Notes: a model not told the origin generated them from the sequence alone. DNA of 64,000 nucleotides from Bacteroidota bacterium (GCA_040007355.1 JBDTVE010000251.1:30820-94819), one strand, 5' to 3'; numbered from the stretch's first letter, positions 39,737 through 50,381 are shown. Translations and numbers: made by a program.

Positions 39737-39812
39737 TGATACAATTTGCAGGTGATAGTGCCGCTAAAAATATACAATTCCCCCAACTGTTCCATGATTA
39801 AAAGGAAAATAA

Positions 39813-40814
39813 TCAGTAATATTTTAGCCCCGCGGCTTCCCTTACCAGCCGCATGGTTGCAGCAGCGCTTTCCCTGGCTTTTACCGCTCCTTTTTCCATT
39901 ACCTGCCCGAGATATATTTCATCATTGCAGATGGCTTCGGCTTTTTCCCGAAGCGGCCTGATGAATTGCACCATATCTTCTCCCAGTTGTTTTTTCATAT
40001 CCCCGTAACGGATATTGCAGCCGTCATAATCCTTTTCAAATTTTACAATCGTTTCTTCCTGGCTTACCAGCCGCATCAGCTGAAAAATATTTTCAATATA
40101 AGGCGGTTTCGCTGTATTGGGCATAGCAGGTCCGGCATCTGTTTTTGCCTTCATGATCTTTTTCCGAATCGCATCATCACCGTCATTGAGGTATATAGTG
40201 GCATTTTGATTTTCACTTTTGCTCATTTTACCGGTGCCATCCAAAGCAGGCACTTTAACCAGGTTATCGCCAAAATTAAACGCCACGGGTTCGGGAAATA
40301 CATTTCCATAGCGATGATTGAAACGGGCCGCAAAATTGCGCGCCATTTCAAGGTGTTGTTCCTGGTCTTTGCCTACCGGAACATACAGGGCCCGGTGAAC
40401 CAGTATATCGGCAGCCTGCAATACCGGGTAAGTAAGTAAACCCGTATTTACATTCTGGGGTGATAGTCGCACCTTATCCTTGAAAGTAGCAGTTTTCTCC
40501 AATTCTCCCTTATAGGCCAGCATGTTCAGGTACAGGTATAATTCAGCAATTTCAGGTATATCACTTTGTAAATGAAAGGTGCATTTATCCGGGTCAAGAC
40601 CGGCTGCTATGCATTCTGCAAACACTCTTTTCACGTTAGTCTTTAATTCCCGGGTGTCGGGGTGGGTAGTGAGCGAATGCCAGTCAGCCACGGAGAAAAA
40701 ACAGTCATATGCGTCCTGCATGCGAACCCAGTTGCGCATGGCGCCAAAATAATTTCCCAGGTGTAAAAAACCCGTTGGCCTGATACCACTCATTACAATC
40801 TCTTGCTTGCCCAT
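39813..40814 (-). CDS. trpS: tryptophan--tRNA ligase
   Basis: SGIRPTGFLHLGNYFGA (HIGH-type motif) and GKMSKS, with class I Trp/Tyr-type length. Confidence 0.92.
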   Translation of the reverse strand: MGKQEIVMSGIRPTGFLHLGNYFGAMRNWVRMQDAYDCFFSVADWHSLTTHPDTRELKTNVKRVFAECIAAGLDPDKCTFHLQSDIPEIAELYLYLNMLAYKGELEKTATFKDKVRLSPQNVNTGLLTYPVLQAADILVHRALYVPVGKDQEQHLEMARNFAARFNHRYGNVFPEPVAFNFGDNLVKVPALDGTGKMSKSENQNATIYLNDGDDAIRKKIMKAKTDAGPAMPNTAKPPYIENIFQLMRLVSQEETIVKFEKDYDGCNIRYGDMKKQLGEDMVQFIRPLREKAEAICNDEIYLGQVMEKGAVKARESAAATMRLVREAAGLKYY

Positions 40815-40996
40815 AAGCGGCGAAGATAAGAAGGGATGACCGATATTGGGAGGAGCCCCCGGGGCCGGTTGGCCATCCTGTTCAAAATAGGTGGCCTGCC
40901 AATGGCGTTCTGTCGTGAAACCTCAAAACCGGCAATTTTTAAGCCTTTCATCACAAAACTCCGCAGCATGAAGGCAATTCTTTATTTTTGTTGTAT

Positions 40997-41287
40997 ATGG
41001 AAGTAACCAGCCAATTGATAGATAATTTAGCAACCCTGGCCAGGCTGCAGTTTAAAGAGGAGGAGAAAGCGGGCATAAAAGACGACCTGCAGCGCATGAT
41101 TGCGTTTGTGGAGAAATTGCAGGAAGTAGACACCCGTGGTACCGAGCCGCTGTTGCACATGACGGAGGCTATGAACAGGTACCGGGAGGATGAAATAAAA
41201 GGTTCCATGCAAAAAGAAACCGCGCTGCACAACGCGCCTTCGGCAGATAATGATTATTTTAAAGTTCCCAAAGTAATTAAAAAGTAA
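40997..41287 (+). CDS. gatC: Asp-tRNA(Asn)/Glu-tRNA(Gln) amidotransferase subunit GatC
   Basis: LATLARLQFKEEEK...MIAFVEKLQEVDT.GTEPL and a size of about 96 aa. Confidence 0.85.
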   Translation: MEVTSQLIDNLATLARLQFKEEEKAGIKDDLQRMIAFVEKLQEVDTRGTEPLLHMTEAMNRYREDEIKGSMQKETALHNAPSADNDYFKVPKVIKK

Positions 41288-41307
41288 AAAAATACCATTA
41301 ACCTTCT

Positions 41308-42018
41308 ATGAACGCTATTATACAGCTTGAAAACATCATGAAAGCGTACTTTATGGGAAAACAACCCATACCGGTTTTAAAAGGTATCTCGCTCAATATT
41401 TTTAAAAATGAATACGTGGCGCTGATGGGCCCTTCCGGCTCCGGTAAAAGTACACTCATGAATATAGTGGGTTGCCTTGATTCGCCTACTGGCGGCCGTT
41501 ATATACTAAACCAGCAGGATGTAAGCAAAATGTCTGACGACGACCTGGCGGAGGTTCGCAACAAGGAAATCGGGTTCGTATTCCAGCAATTTAATTTGCT
41601 GCCAAGGCTAAGCGCTGCAGAAAATGTGGCCCTTCCCCTGGTATACGCAGGAATTTCAAAAAAGCTAAGAACTGAAATGGCGATGGACGTACTGGAAAAA
41701 GTAAGTCTTACAGACCGGAGCCATCATAAACCAAATGAGTTAAGTGGCGGACAATGCCAGCGCGTGGCCATTGCAAGGGCATTGGTAAACAGCCCATCCA
41801 TTATACTGGCCGATGAGCCTACCGGCAACCTGGATTCGAAAACATCCATTGAAATCATGGATATTTTTGGCGCCATTCAGGCCAGCGGCAATACCGTTGT
41901 GCTGGTAACACACGAAGAGGACATTGCCCTGCACGCCCATCGTGTGGTGCGTCTGCGCGACGGGCTCATAGAAACAGACAAAGTAAACGAACACATTATC
42001 GCTTCGCTGGCGCACTGA
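41308..42018 (+). CDS. ABC transporter ATP-binding protein (MacB/LolD-type ATPase)
   Basis: Walker [10 protein letters not shown], signature [15 protein letters not shown] and Walker [12 protein letters not shown]. Confidence 0.88.
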   Translation: MNAIIQLENIMKAYFMGKQPIPVLKGISLNIFKNEYVALMGPSGSGKSTLMNIVGCLDSPTGGRYILNQQDVSKMSDDDLAEVRNKEIGFVFQQFNLLPRLSAAENVALPLVYAGISKKLRTEMAMDVLEKVSLTDRSHHKPNELSGGQCQRVAIARALVNSPSIILADEPTGNLDSKTSIEIMDIFGAIQASGNTVVLVTHEEDIALHAHRVVRLRDGLIETDKVNEHIIASLAH

Positions 42019-42112
42019 TACCGGCAATAAAATGAATATTAAGAGAGCCTGCCGGGGTACAGGAATTACCGGCGCCGGTCCTTGCGGTAAACATTAGTCA
42101 AACTTACCCGGA

Positions 42113-42676
42113 ATGTCAACTAAAATATATACCAAAACTGGCGATAAAGGCAACACCTCGCTTATTGGCGGCACCAAAGTTTCCAAATCAGATATACGCA
42201 TAGAAGCCTTCGGAACGGTGGATGAACTCAATTCCTATATCGGTTTATGCCGCGACCTGCTCAGCGAAGCACAAAGTCGCGACCTGCTCCTTGAAATCCA
42301 GGACAGGTTGTTTACCATTGGCGCTTCACTGGCCTGTGACCCGGTTAAAGAACCCAAACTGCGTCTGCCCGATTTAAAAGAAACCGATGCCATCCTGCTG
42401 GAAAATGAAATTGACCGCATGAATGAAACCCTGCCGCCCATGAAATCATTTATTTTGCCGGGCGGGCATCCTCTTGTGTCGCACCTGCACCTGGCCCGTT
42501 GCATCTGCCGCCGCGCGGAACGTTGCTGCGTACGGCTGGCAACGACGGGCACCGGAACAGCACCCATTATACTGCAATACCTCAACCGCCTCAGCGATTA
42601 TTTGTTTGTACTAAGTCGTTATACCGGCCACCTGCTGCAAACAGCAGAGATTGCCTGGAAACCACGGACCGGATAA
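42113..42676 (+). CDS. PduO-type ATP:cob(I)alamin adenosyltransferase
   Basis: IYTKTGDKGNTSL...IEAFGTVDELNSYIG...LPGG...LHLARCICRRAER. Confidence 0.88.
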   Translation: MSTKIYTKTGDKGNTSLIGGTKVSKSDIRIEAFGTVDELNSYIGLCRDLLSEAQSRDLLLEIQDRLFTIGASLACDPVKEPKLRLPDLKETDAILLENEIDRMNETLPPMKSFILPGGHPLVSHLHLARCICRRAERCCVRLATTGTGTAPIILQYLNRLSDYLFVLSRYTGHLLQTAEIAWKPRTG

Positions 42677-42926
42677 ACAACGCTGGCTAAATCCGCAGCG
42701 CCCGCTGTCTGCAGATTGTCGTATCTAACGATATAGCACAATTGAATACCACAATTGAATACAAAATCGGGCAATAACAACGGGTGGTTCACGCAACCCA
42801 TCGGCTCCAAAATTGCCCGCAACCGTTTTATTACCAAGATGTTTAGGTCCGAACCCGCCCGGTCTGACGGCCATTGTGAAATGGATTGCAAAAATCACGG
42901 AGATCACGGCCGGATGGCATTGGGAA

Positions 42927-43580
42927 TCAACCGACTATTTTACCGTCTTTCATGTGTAGAATGCGGTCACTCATTTGCGCCAGTTCCTCGTTATGGGTAA
43001 CGATTAGAAAAGTCTGGTTAAATTGTTTGCGGAGACTGAAGAATAAATCATGCAGTTCACGGGCGTTGGCAGAGTCCAGGTTGCCGCTTGGCTCATCGGC
43101 AAAAATTATTTTAGGCTGGTTGATCAGCGCACGCGCCACGGCCACTCTTTGCTGTTCACCGCCCGAAAGCTGTTGGGGTTTGTTTTCCATGCGGTTGGCA
43201 AGGCCCAGTAATTCAAGCAGGATGGCGGCCCTTTCCGCTACTTCCTTTTTATTGCGGCCCGCAATCCAACCCGGGATGCTTACATTCTCAAGGGCAGTAA
43301 ATTCCGGCAAGAGATGATGAAACTGGAAAACAAAACCAATATTACGGTTCCGGAAAGCCGCCATTGATTTTGCATTCATTTCACCCAGGTTTTTATCGTC
43401 CAGCAGGATGATGCCGCTGGCAGCTCTGTCAAGCGTACCCAGTATATGCAGGAGCGTACTTTTACCGCAGCCGGAAGGGCCTGAAATACTTACAATTTCG
43501 CCCTGCTTTATTGCCAGATCTACGCCTCGTAAGACCTCCAACTGTCCGTAGGATTTATATATAGCCGTTGCTTTTAACAT
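42927..43580 (-). CDS. ABC transporter ATP-binding protein (LolD-like)
   Basis: Walker [11 protein letters not shown], signature [15 protein letters not shown] and Walker [12 protein letters not shown]. Confidence 0.85.
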   Translation of the reverse strand: MLKATAIYKSYGQLEVLRGVDLAIKQGEIVSISGPSGCGKSTLLHILGTLDRAASGIILLDDKNLGEMNAKSMAAFRNRNIGFVFQFHHLLPEFTALENVSIPGWIAGRNKKEVAERAAILLELLGLANRMENKPQQLSGGEQQRVAVARALINQPKIIFADEPSGNLDSANARELHDLFFSLRKQFNQTFLIVTHNEELAQMSDRILHMKDGKIVG

Positions 43581-43734
43581 GCTTTTAATATCTTATTCCA
43601 TTAAAATACGAACCTACAATTTTATTCGTTCCTAGCACCAGGCACTGGTAAATTTGCTCTTTAAAATGGTGAAAACTACATTTGGTTGTTCAGTATTAAC
43701 CGTTACATTTGCCGAAAATCAAAGACAGTCAACA

Positions 43735-43956
43735 ATGTTCTGGACACTTGAACTAGCATCCTATTTAGAAGACGCCCCCTGGCCGGCTACCAAGGACGAG
43801 TTAATTGACTATGCTATCCGCAGCGGCGCCCCCATTGAAGTGGTGGAAAACCTGCAGGAACTGGAAGATGAGGGTGAGATCTATGAAGCGATAGATGATA
43901 TCTGGCCTGACTACCCATCGCAGGAAGATTTCTTTTTCAATGAAGATGAATATTGA
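43735..43956 (+). CDS. DUF2795 domain protein (small acidic protein)
   Basis: LASYLEDAPWPATKDELIDYAIRSGAPIEVVENLQEL resembles the DUF2795 signature. The internal ATG 43735 is preferred over the track start 43654. Confidence 0.65.
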   Translation: MFWTLELASYLEDAPWPATKDELIDYAIRSGAPIEVVENLQELEDEGEIYEAIDDIWPDYPSQEDFFFNEDEY

Positions 43957-43995
43957 TCCCGTTTTTCTTACGGCAATCATATAACCTATACCAGG

Positions 43996-44025
43996 AACCA
44001 CGCAATTAAACGCGTGGTTTTTTTT
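43996..44025 (+). terminator. Rho-independent terminator
   Basis: AACCACGC (43996-44003) pairs with GCGTGGTT (44012-44019) around an 8-nt loop. The T run extends to 44025. Confidence 0.7.
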
Positions 44026-44111
44026 ACCCTAACTGAAAATAACCGATAAAGGACAGGACTGAGCATGATGGATCACTGCAATCAATTTTCCCGGCATGCT
44101 TTGGCGCAAGA

Positions 44112-44927
44112 TTATTCAACGCCTAATTTTGTCATCACCTCGGTGCTTACTCCAGTGGAAGAATAGCCCCCGTCGTGGTATAGATTCTGCATGGTCACCA
44201 TACGGGTAAGATCAGAAAACAAGGTAACGCAATAATCTGCGCAGGAAGCAGCGCTGGCATTGCCGAGCGGAGAAATGGCATTGGCATAATCATAAAAATC
44301 ACCAAAACCCTTGATGCCATTACCGGCCGTTGTTTTGGTGGGCGATTGTGAAACGGTATTGATGCGCACTTTTTTATCCACACCATAGTGATAACCAAAA
44401 CTGCGAGCAATGGATTCCAGCATGGCTTTTATATCCGCCATATCCGTATAAAAAGGATAGGTACGCTGCGCCGCGGCATACGTAAGCGCCACCACGCTGC
44501 CCCATTCATTGATGGCATCCAGTTTTTTTGCAACCGCCAGCATTTTATGCAGCGACATGGCAGATACATCAATCCCTTTCATGAAATAATCATAATTGGA
44601 TTCTTCATATGGCACATTTTTGCGGATATTAACGCTCATACCAATGGAATGTAGCAGGAAATCAATTTTGCCGCCCAGCACTTCCTGCGATTTTGTAAAC
44701 AGGCTGGTAATTTCTTCTATATTGGTGGCATCTGCCGGAATGATTTCCGCCTTTGTTTTTTCTGCCAGTATTTTTATTTGTCCCATGCGCATGGCAATGG
44801 GCGCATTGGTTAATACAATGGTGGCCCCTTCTTCATATGCTTTTTCCGCTACTTTCCACGCAATTGAATTTTCATCCAGTGCACCGGTAATAATGCCGCG
44901 CTTTCCCTTTAACAGATTATATGCCAT
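44112..44927 (-). CDS. fabI: enoyl-[acyl-carrier-protein] reductase FabI
   Basis: LKGKRGIITGALDENSIAW, LLHSIG and Y-x6-K-type YTDMADIKAMLES. Confidence 0.88.
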   Translation of the reverse strand: MAYNLLKGKRGIITGALDENSIAWKVAEKAYEEGATIVLTNAPIAMRMGQIKILAEKTKAEIIPADATNIEEITSLFTKSQEVLGGKIDFLLHSIGMSVNIRKNVPYEESNYDYFMKGIDVSAMSLHKMLAVAKKLDAINEWGSVVALTYAAAQRTYPFYTDMADIKAMLESIARSFGYHYGVDKKVRINTVSQSPTKTTAGNGIKGFGDFYDYANAISPLGNASAASCADYCVTLFSDLTRMVTMQNLYHDGGYSSTGVSTEVMTKLGVE

Positions 44928-44972
44928 AACAATAAATTAATAGTATTGATTGTGGTTGCCAAAAATAAGAAC

Positions 44973-45203
44973 TTATTTCAAAGTAGGCGGAAACAGCCAT
45001 AAAATTAACCGCACGGCAGTAAATATCATTGTCAGTACCAGTACAGCACCGCTGATCATATACAATAGCAACCTGGCCATAGATACCCGGGGTTGTATGA
45101 TTCGCTGCAAACCACGATTCAACCACCAGGTCAGCACAGCAAAAGGTACAAGCATAAGAAAAACAGGAAGCGGAATATTTTTCATTGAATTATTTATCGA
45201 CAT
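44973..45203 (-). CDS. small hypothetical membrane protein
   Basis: 76-aa ORF with two hydrophobic helices, on the same strand between recN and fabI. No family assignment. Confidence 0.4.
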   Translation of the reverse strand: MSINNSMKNIPLPVFLMLVPFAVLTWWLNRGLQRIIQPRVSMARLLLYMISGAVLVLTMIFTAVRLILWLFPPTLK

Positions 45204-45288
45204 AAATATTCCGGCCGGCGATATTCATGGCAAGTTTAAAAGGCAGGTGGATCTGCCAGCTTCCTGAACAGACCGGCCCCTACGGTCT

Positions 45289-46983
45289 TTAATCCGAGAT
45301 CATTTCCCTGGCATTTGCCAATGCGGCGGCCGTGGGCTTTTCTCCCCCCAGCATACGCGCAATGGTAGCAATACGTTCCTCTGTTGAAAGCAAACGGATA
45401 TTTGTTTTAATGGCATCCCCTTTTACTTCTTTGTATACAAAAAAATGCGCATCTGCCCGGCCTGCAATCTGTGGCTGATGCGTAATGGATATCACCTGGC
45501 GCCGGGTTGCCAACGCTTTCATAATAATACCTACCTGCCTGGCTGCTTCGCCGGAAATACCGGTATCTATCTCATCAAAAATAAGCGTAGGCAGGTCAAG
45601 CGACTGCGCTACCAACGATTTTATACACAACATCAGCCTGCTTAATTCACCCCCCGAAGCCACTTTGCGAATGGGTTCAAAACGGTTACTGCCACCGGCC
45701 TCACCGGCCGGCAGGTTGGCATCAAAAAGAAAATCAATTTTATCCAATCCGTATTCATTCAGCAATGAAGCTGGTACCGCACCAATATCCTGTACGTCTA
45801 CCCGCAATCTTGCATTGGGCATGCCCACCTGTTTCAGCAAAGCATTTACTTTTTCCTGTAAAGGCCTGCTTTGTTTTTTCCTGTTTACCGAAAGTTGCGC
45901 CGCCAGCCCCTGCGCGACGGTAAACTGTACCTGTGTTTCTTTTTCTTTCAACGCTATGGCTTCATCAATATTCAGCACCGACAGCATTTTTTCCGAAAGC
46001 GCTGATTGCACTGCCAGCAATTCGTCCGTATTTTTTACACCGTGTTTCTTTAACAGTTTATAACCCGTGGCAATGCGGTCGCTCACCGCTTCAATGCGTT
46101 TTGGATCAAATTGCACATGATCATTAATGCGTTCTATTTCTTCTCCTATATCAGAAAGTTCCAGTTGCGCCGATTGCAGACGTTGAAGCAGGCCCGGCAG
46201 GGCAGTATGATAAGCCGCATAAGTCTGCAACTGCTGCAGCACCCGTTTTACTTGTTGTACCAGCGGCTGCTCGCCTTCATTCAGTTCGTAGCTTACAGCC
46301 AACAACACCCCTTTTATTCCTTCGGCATTGCTCAGTAATTTCAATTCGGCATCCAGGTCTTCCAGCTCATTTTCCTTCAAAGCCGCTTCCTCCAGTTCAT
46401 CAGACAAAAATTTATTATAATCATATACGGCGGCAAATTGCTTTTTTTGTTCCTGTAATTGCTGCAGTGTATTGCCGGATTGCAGCCAGTTGTGATAGAC
46501 AGCCTGGTATTGTTGCAACAACGCGTTATTGCCAGCCAGCGCATCCAGTACTTCGCGCTGGAAATGCGTTTCTCCCAAGGCAAGCGTATCAAATTGCTGG
46601 TGCAGGTCTACCAGCATGGCACTCAGTTGCCGCAACTGGTCAAGGTTTACCGGCGTATCGTTTACAAATGCCCGCGATTTTCCGTTCACACCTATTTCCC
46701 TTCTTATCACCAGGTCTTCTTCCATATCAAGGTCCTGGGCTGTAAAAAACTGTTCTACGTTTTTTTTGCCCTGTGTTTTAAAAAAGCCTTCCACAATGCA
46801 TTTCTTTCCGCGATTACGCAAAGCCGCGCTGTCGGCACGATCACCCAGTATCAGCGACAAGGCACCCATAAGAATAGATTTGCCCGCACCGGTTTCTCCC
46901 GTAATGATATTGAGCATACCGGAAAAATCAATTTCTATTTCATCAATAATGGCGTAATTCTGTATGTGCAGTTTCTGGAGCAT
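45289..46983 (-). CDS. recN: DNA repair protein RecN
   Basis: MLQKLHIQNYAIIDEIEIDF...ITGETGAGKSILMGAL, a long coiled-coil, and C-terminal SGGELSRLML...LIFDEIDTGISG. ATG 46983 is preferred over the track start 47013. Confidence 0.92.
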   Translation of the reverse strand: MLQKLHIQNYAIIDEIEIDFSGMLNIITGETGAGKSILMGALSLILGDRADSAALRNRGKKCIVEGFFKTQGKKNVEQFFTAQDLDMEEDLVIRREIGVNGKSRAFVNDTPVNLDQLRQLSAMLVDLHQQFDTLALGETHFQREVLDALAGNNALLQQYQAVYHNWLQSGNTLQQLQEQKKQFAAVYDYNKFLSDELEEAALKENELEDLDAELKLLSNAEGIKGVLLAVSYELNEGEQPLVQQVKRVLQQLQTYAAYHTALPGLLQRLQSAQLELSDIGEEIERINDHVQFDPKRIEAVSDRIATGYKLLKKHGVKNTDELLAVQSALSEKMLSVLNIDEAIALKEKETQVQFTVAQGLAAQLSVNRKKQSRPLQEKVNALLKQVGMPNARLRVDVQDIGAVPASLLNEYGLDKIDFLFDANLPAGEAGGSNRFEPIRKVASGGELSRLMLCIKSLVAQSLDLPTLIFDEIDTGISGEAARQVGIIMKALATRRQVISITHQPQIAGRADAHFFVYKEVKGDAIKTNIRLLSTEERIATIARMLGGEKPTAAALANAREMISD

Positions 46984-47191
46984 ATTTTTTGCAACACCGT
47001 TTATGCCTGGCAAATTAAAGGAAAATATTTTGCCGGAAAGGCATATCTATACACATTCTCCCGGTAAAAAAACGGGTTGTTCAGTGGGCGGCCTGTTTGA
47101 AAAGAAAAAAGGGACACAAATGCATCCCCTTAAATATTATAGTGCTTGCCCGGCTTTTACAAAAAGCAAGGGCTAATGCATTGGTGTTTTC

Positions 47192-47947
47192 TTATTTCAC
47201 ATCAATGGCATCAGCCAGGTCGTTGTCAACCAATATACGGCCGCAGTTTTCGCAAATGATGATTTTTTTGCGTTGTTTTATTTCGCTTTGTTTTTGTGGA
47301 GGAATAGCGTTGAAGCAACCACCACACGCATCGCGCTCTACCGGTACTACAGCTAAACCATTGCGGTAATTTTTGCGAATGCGATCATAGGAATTCAGCA
47401 AACGCTCGTCTACTTTTTCACGTGCTTCCGCGCTCAATTTATTAAAATGCTTTTCTTCTTTTTCGGTGGTTGACACAATTTTTTCCAGTTCCTCTTTTTT
47501 ATTTTTCAGCACGCCTTCCTTAGTGGCCAGGGCTTTTTTGGCTTTTTCCAGCAATACGGCTTTCTCCGCAATCTCTTCCTGCGCATCCTTTATATGTTTC
47601 TCCGCCAGCTTTACTTCCAGTTGCTGCATTTCAATTTCCTTGTTAACGGCTTCAAACTCCCGGCTGTTCTTTACATTGGTGGTTTGTTTTTCGTATTTTT
47701 TTACCAGCGCTTCCGATTCTTTTATCAGCTCTTTTTTCTGGTTGATAAATTCATTGATACCATTGATTTCTTCTTCCACACGGGTCTGCCGCGAATGCAA
47801 ACCGGTAATCTCATCTTCCAGGTCGCTTACTTCCATTGGTAATTCGCCTTTCAGAATCTGGATCTCATCCAGCTTGCTTTCCGTTTTCTGCAGGGTAACC
47901 AGGGAGGTGAGTTTTTCTTCAACCGAAAAATCTTTTACTGTTGCCAT
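47192..47947 (-). CDS. zinc-ribbon/coiled-coil protein (DUF164-type, commonly paired with Nif3)
   Basis: Long coiled-coil, then the C-terminal double CxxC CGGCFNAIPPQ...CENCGRIL. Confidence 0.8.
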   Translation of the reverse strand: MATVKDFSVEEKLTSLVTLQKTESKLDEIQILKGELPMEVSDLEDEITGLHSRQTRVEEEINGINEFINQKKELIKESEALVKKYEKQTTNVKNSREFEAVNKEIEMQQLEVKLAEKHIKDAQEEIAEKAVLLEKAKKALATKEGVLKNKKEELEKIVSTTEKEEKHFNKLSAEAREKVDERLLNSYDRIRKNYRNGLAVVPVERDACGGCFNAIPPQKQSEIKQRKKIIICENCGRILVDNDLADAIDVK

Positions 47948-48078
47948 ATTGTAGTGTGTATTTTTTGTTTGTTATGATACTGGCTTCTGAACTTTGGGCG
48001 GCATCGTTGCGTCGCAAGCACTTCATCATTTGTACTTATTTCAGCACCGGCGTAAAATGCCTTTCCGAATTCCAATAC

Positions 48079-49179
48079 TCATCCCAGGAAATAATTGACC
48101 GGATTGGTTTTTACCCCTGTTTTGAGGGCAGCAAAGGTAGGGAATTTTTCCCGCAAAAAACCGGCTACCAGGTCTATCGTAAACTGCTCGCTTTCATAAT
48201 GCCCCGTATCGGCAATGACCAGGGCTCCATTAGCATCAAAAAACTCATGGTATTTAACATCGGCGGTTATATAGAAATCGGCACCTGCCGCTATTGCATT
48301 GGAAATCAGGAAACTGCCAGCACCCCCACAAACCGCCACCCGTTTCACCGTTTTACCGGTAAACGGGGTATGGCGTATTACCGGCACGCCAAACACCTCT
48401 CTTATTTGTTGTAAAAATGCCTTTTCCTCCAGGGGCCGGGCTAGTTCACCCAGCATACCCGCCCCTATACCTTCGTGGTGGTTGCCCAGTGTTACCAGAT
48501 CATAGGCTGGTTCTTCGTAGGGATGAACCGCTTTCAGGGCCGCCAGCATTTTATTTTCAAGCCAGCCGGGAAAGATGATCTCTATTTTTATTTCGTCTTC
48601 CTGGTGCTGCCGGCCAATGGTGCCGGCAAATGGATGGGCGCCCTCCCCCGCCGTGTAAGTTCCCGTACCCGCGGCATTAAAGCTGCATTCACTATAATTT
48701 CCAATATGACCCGCACCTGCCGAAAAAAGAGCGGTACGCACCGATTCAGCCTGTAGCTGGGGAACAAACACAAATAATTTTCGGAGCAATCCCGGTACGG
48801 GCACCAACACCCGGCAGTTGATCAAACCAAGTTTGCTAGCTATCATGCCGTTTACACCTTGTTGTACATTGTCAAGGTTGGTATGAATGGCATAAATGGC
48901 GATATCGTTTTTAATGGCCGCAATAATTGTTTTTTCTATATAATTTTTCCCGTTGATCTTTTTCAATGCCCGGAATACAATGGGATGGTGCGCAATGACC
49001 AGGTTGCATTTTTTTTGGATGGCCTCCTGCACCACTTCTTCCGTTGCATCCAGGCAGATGATGGCCCCGGTACATTCCCATTCTGCGGCACCGATAATCA
49101 ACCCGGCATTGTCGTATGTTTCCTGCAAAACCGGCGGTGCAATGGATTCCAGGTGTAAAATGATATCGGCAATTTTCAT
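48079..49179 (-). CDS. Nif3-like dinuclear metal center protein
   Basis: MKIADIILHLE...YDNAGL...LVIAHHPIVFRALKKI and C-terminal ADTGHYESE. Confidence 0.88.
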   Translation of the reverse strand: MKIADIILHLESIAPPVLQETYDNAGLIIGAAEWECTGAIICLDATEEVVQEAIQKKCNLVIAHHPIVFRALKKINGKNYIEKTIIAAIKNDIAIYAIHTNLDNVQQGVNGMIASKLGLINCRVLVPVPGLLRKLFVFVPQLQAESVRTALFSAGAGHIGNYSECSFNAAGTGTYTAGEGAHPFAGTIGRQHQEDEIKIEIIFPGWLENKMLAALKAVHPYEEPAYDLVTLGNHHEGIGAGMLGELARPLEEKAFLQQIREVFGVPVIRHTPFTGKTVKRVAVCGGAGSFLISNAIAAGADFYITADVKYHEFFDANGALVIADTGHYESEQFTIDLVAGFLREKFPTFAALKTGVKTNPVNYFLG

Positions 49180-49265
49180 GGTTTAAAGATAAGAATCCGT
49201 ATACTAAACAATCGGGTAATCGCGCTGGCATACCGGCTGAGCAGCCACCATCGGAACAGGATGCC

Positions 49266-50381
49266 TTATTTTTTGACCCGGCCAATACCAAACTGGTCCG
49301 CAGCACGCACCAGCTGATGGCCGTTGAACTGCAATTCCAACATCTTCTCACTGGCAACGCTGTTATTGAATTCATCCTTTAATGTGGTGAGCACTTTACG
49401 GGTCTTTGTCTCTATTACCTCGCCGCTGGACGGATAGGCATACCGGCCGTCAAGACTAAAGGTTACCCAGCCCGGCATGTCCTGCAAGGGAATGGTAGTA
49501 AGTTGCTGATAAGGCGCCGAAGCGCTAAAAATATGGAGTCGCATATTGTGGCCATCGCAAACCCAAAGCTCTTTTTCATCCGGCGTAAGACCAATGCCAT
49601 GGCTGGGGTCGCCATGTCGCCGAACCGGTCCTGGTTCCCAGCCTTCCACCGTTATATGCGCCAGCCGTGCGCCCGATTTTAGATCGCCTACTTCAAACCC
49701 CAGCAGGCTGTCTACAGTTACATATGCCAGGGTTTCTTTTGCGTTGATGGTGAAGGGCCGGATAAAATGCCGGAAAGGTCCAATTTTTTTTACCAGCTCA
49801 TGTTTTTTTGCATCCACAACAAAAAGCCAGGGACTGCCAATATCATCCAGGTACACAAAATTGCCGGATGCTCCATACAGGGTATTATGCGATCTTTTAA
49901 ATCCTTCAATCTTTTTTATGATATTGCCGGTTTTACAATCCACCACGTTCCAGCAATTGTTTTCCAAGGAAGGCAGGTACATGGTAAGACCGTTGGGAGA
50001 AATTGACATCCGGTCGCAGCCCTTCTCAAAAGCCTTTTCCCATACTATTTTCCCCGTGGCCAGGTCAATCCTTTGCAGCGATTCCAGGGTACTGACAAAA
50101 ACACTATTGAGTGGTACGCTGGCGGCAATGCCTTTTACATTGGAAGGCTTACCATTGGCATGAAATCCTCTTAAGGGAATTCGTTTTACAAACCGGTGAC
50201 CATGATCAATATCAAATACAAGGATGCCATGACCGCCATAGCCAAGATAATCCCGGATACCCGGCACCGCCACATATAAATAATGTTTCACCGGTAGTTG
50301 GAGAATTGTTTGCGGTTGCGCCGGTACACCGAAAATAAGTAACCCGCAAACCAGCCAATTACACAGCCAGCCATGTTTCAT
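49266..50381 (-). CDS. secreted beta-propeller protein (YncE/YVTN-like)
   Basis: Signal peptide MKHGWLCNWLVCGLLIFGVPAQ and repeated propeller blades (LYVAVPG..., VFVSTL..., MYLPS..., VYLDD..., AYVTV..., LWVCD...). Start ATG 50381 is preferred over the track start 50588. Confidence 0.65.
   Translation of the reverse strand: MKHGWLCNWLVCGLLIFGVPAQPQTILQLPVKHYLYVAVPGIRDYLGYGGHGILVFDIDHGHRFVKRIPLRGFHANGKPSNVKGIAASVPLNSVFVSTLESLQRIDLATGKIVWEKAFEKGCDRMSISPNGLTMYLPSLENNCWNVVDCKTGNIIKKIEGFKRSHNTLYGASGNFVYLDDIGSPWLFVVDAKKHELVKKIGPFRHFIRPFTINAKETLAYVTVDSLLGFEVGDLKSGARLAHITVEGWEPGPVRRHGDPSHGIGLTPDEKELWVCDGHNMRLHIFSASAPYQQLTTIPLQDMPGWVTFSLDGRYAYPSSGEVIETKTRKVLTTLKDEFNNSVASEKMLELQFNGHQLVRAADQFGIGRVKK

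Noticed and set aside
42019-42112. Possible cobalamin riboswitch upstream of the PduO adenosyltransferase
   Set aside because: The leader is only about 94 nt and shows no B12-box-like sequence, so it is too short for the riboswitch.
45485-47067. Plus-strand ORFs of 192, 202 and 142 aa (45485..46063, 46459..47067, 46529..46957)
   Set aside because: All are antisense to recN, which has unambiguous SMC-type motifs. They have low-complexity, Ser/Cys-rich translations.
47466-47954. 162-aa plus-strand ORF rich in S, F and C
   Set aside because: It is antisense to the coiled-coil/zinc-ribbon gene. Its composition simply mirrors the K/E-rich sense strand.
49546-50163. 205-aa plus-strand ORF
   Set aside because: It is antisense to the beta-propeller gene and has no motifs.
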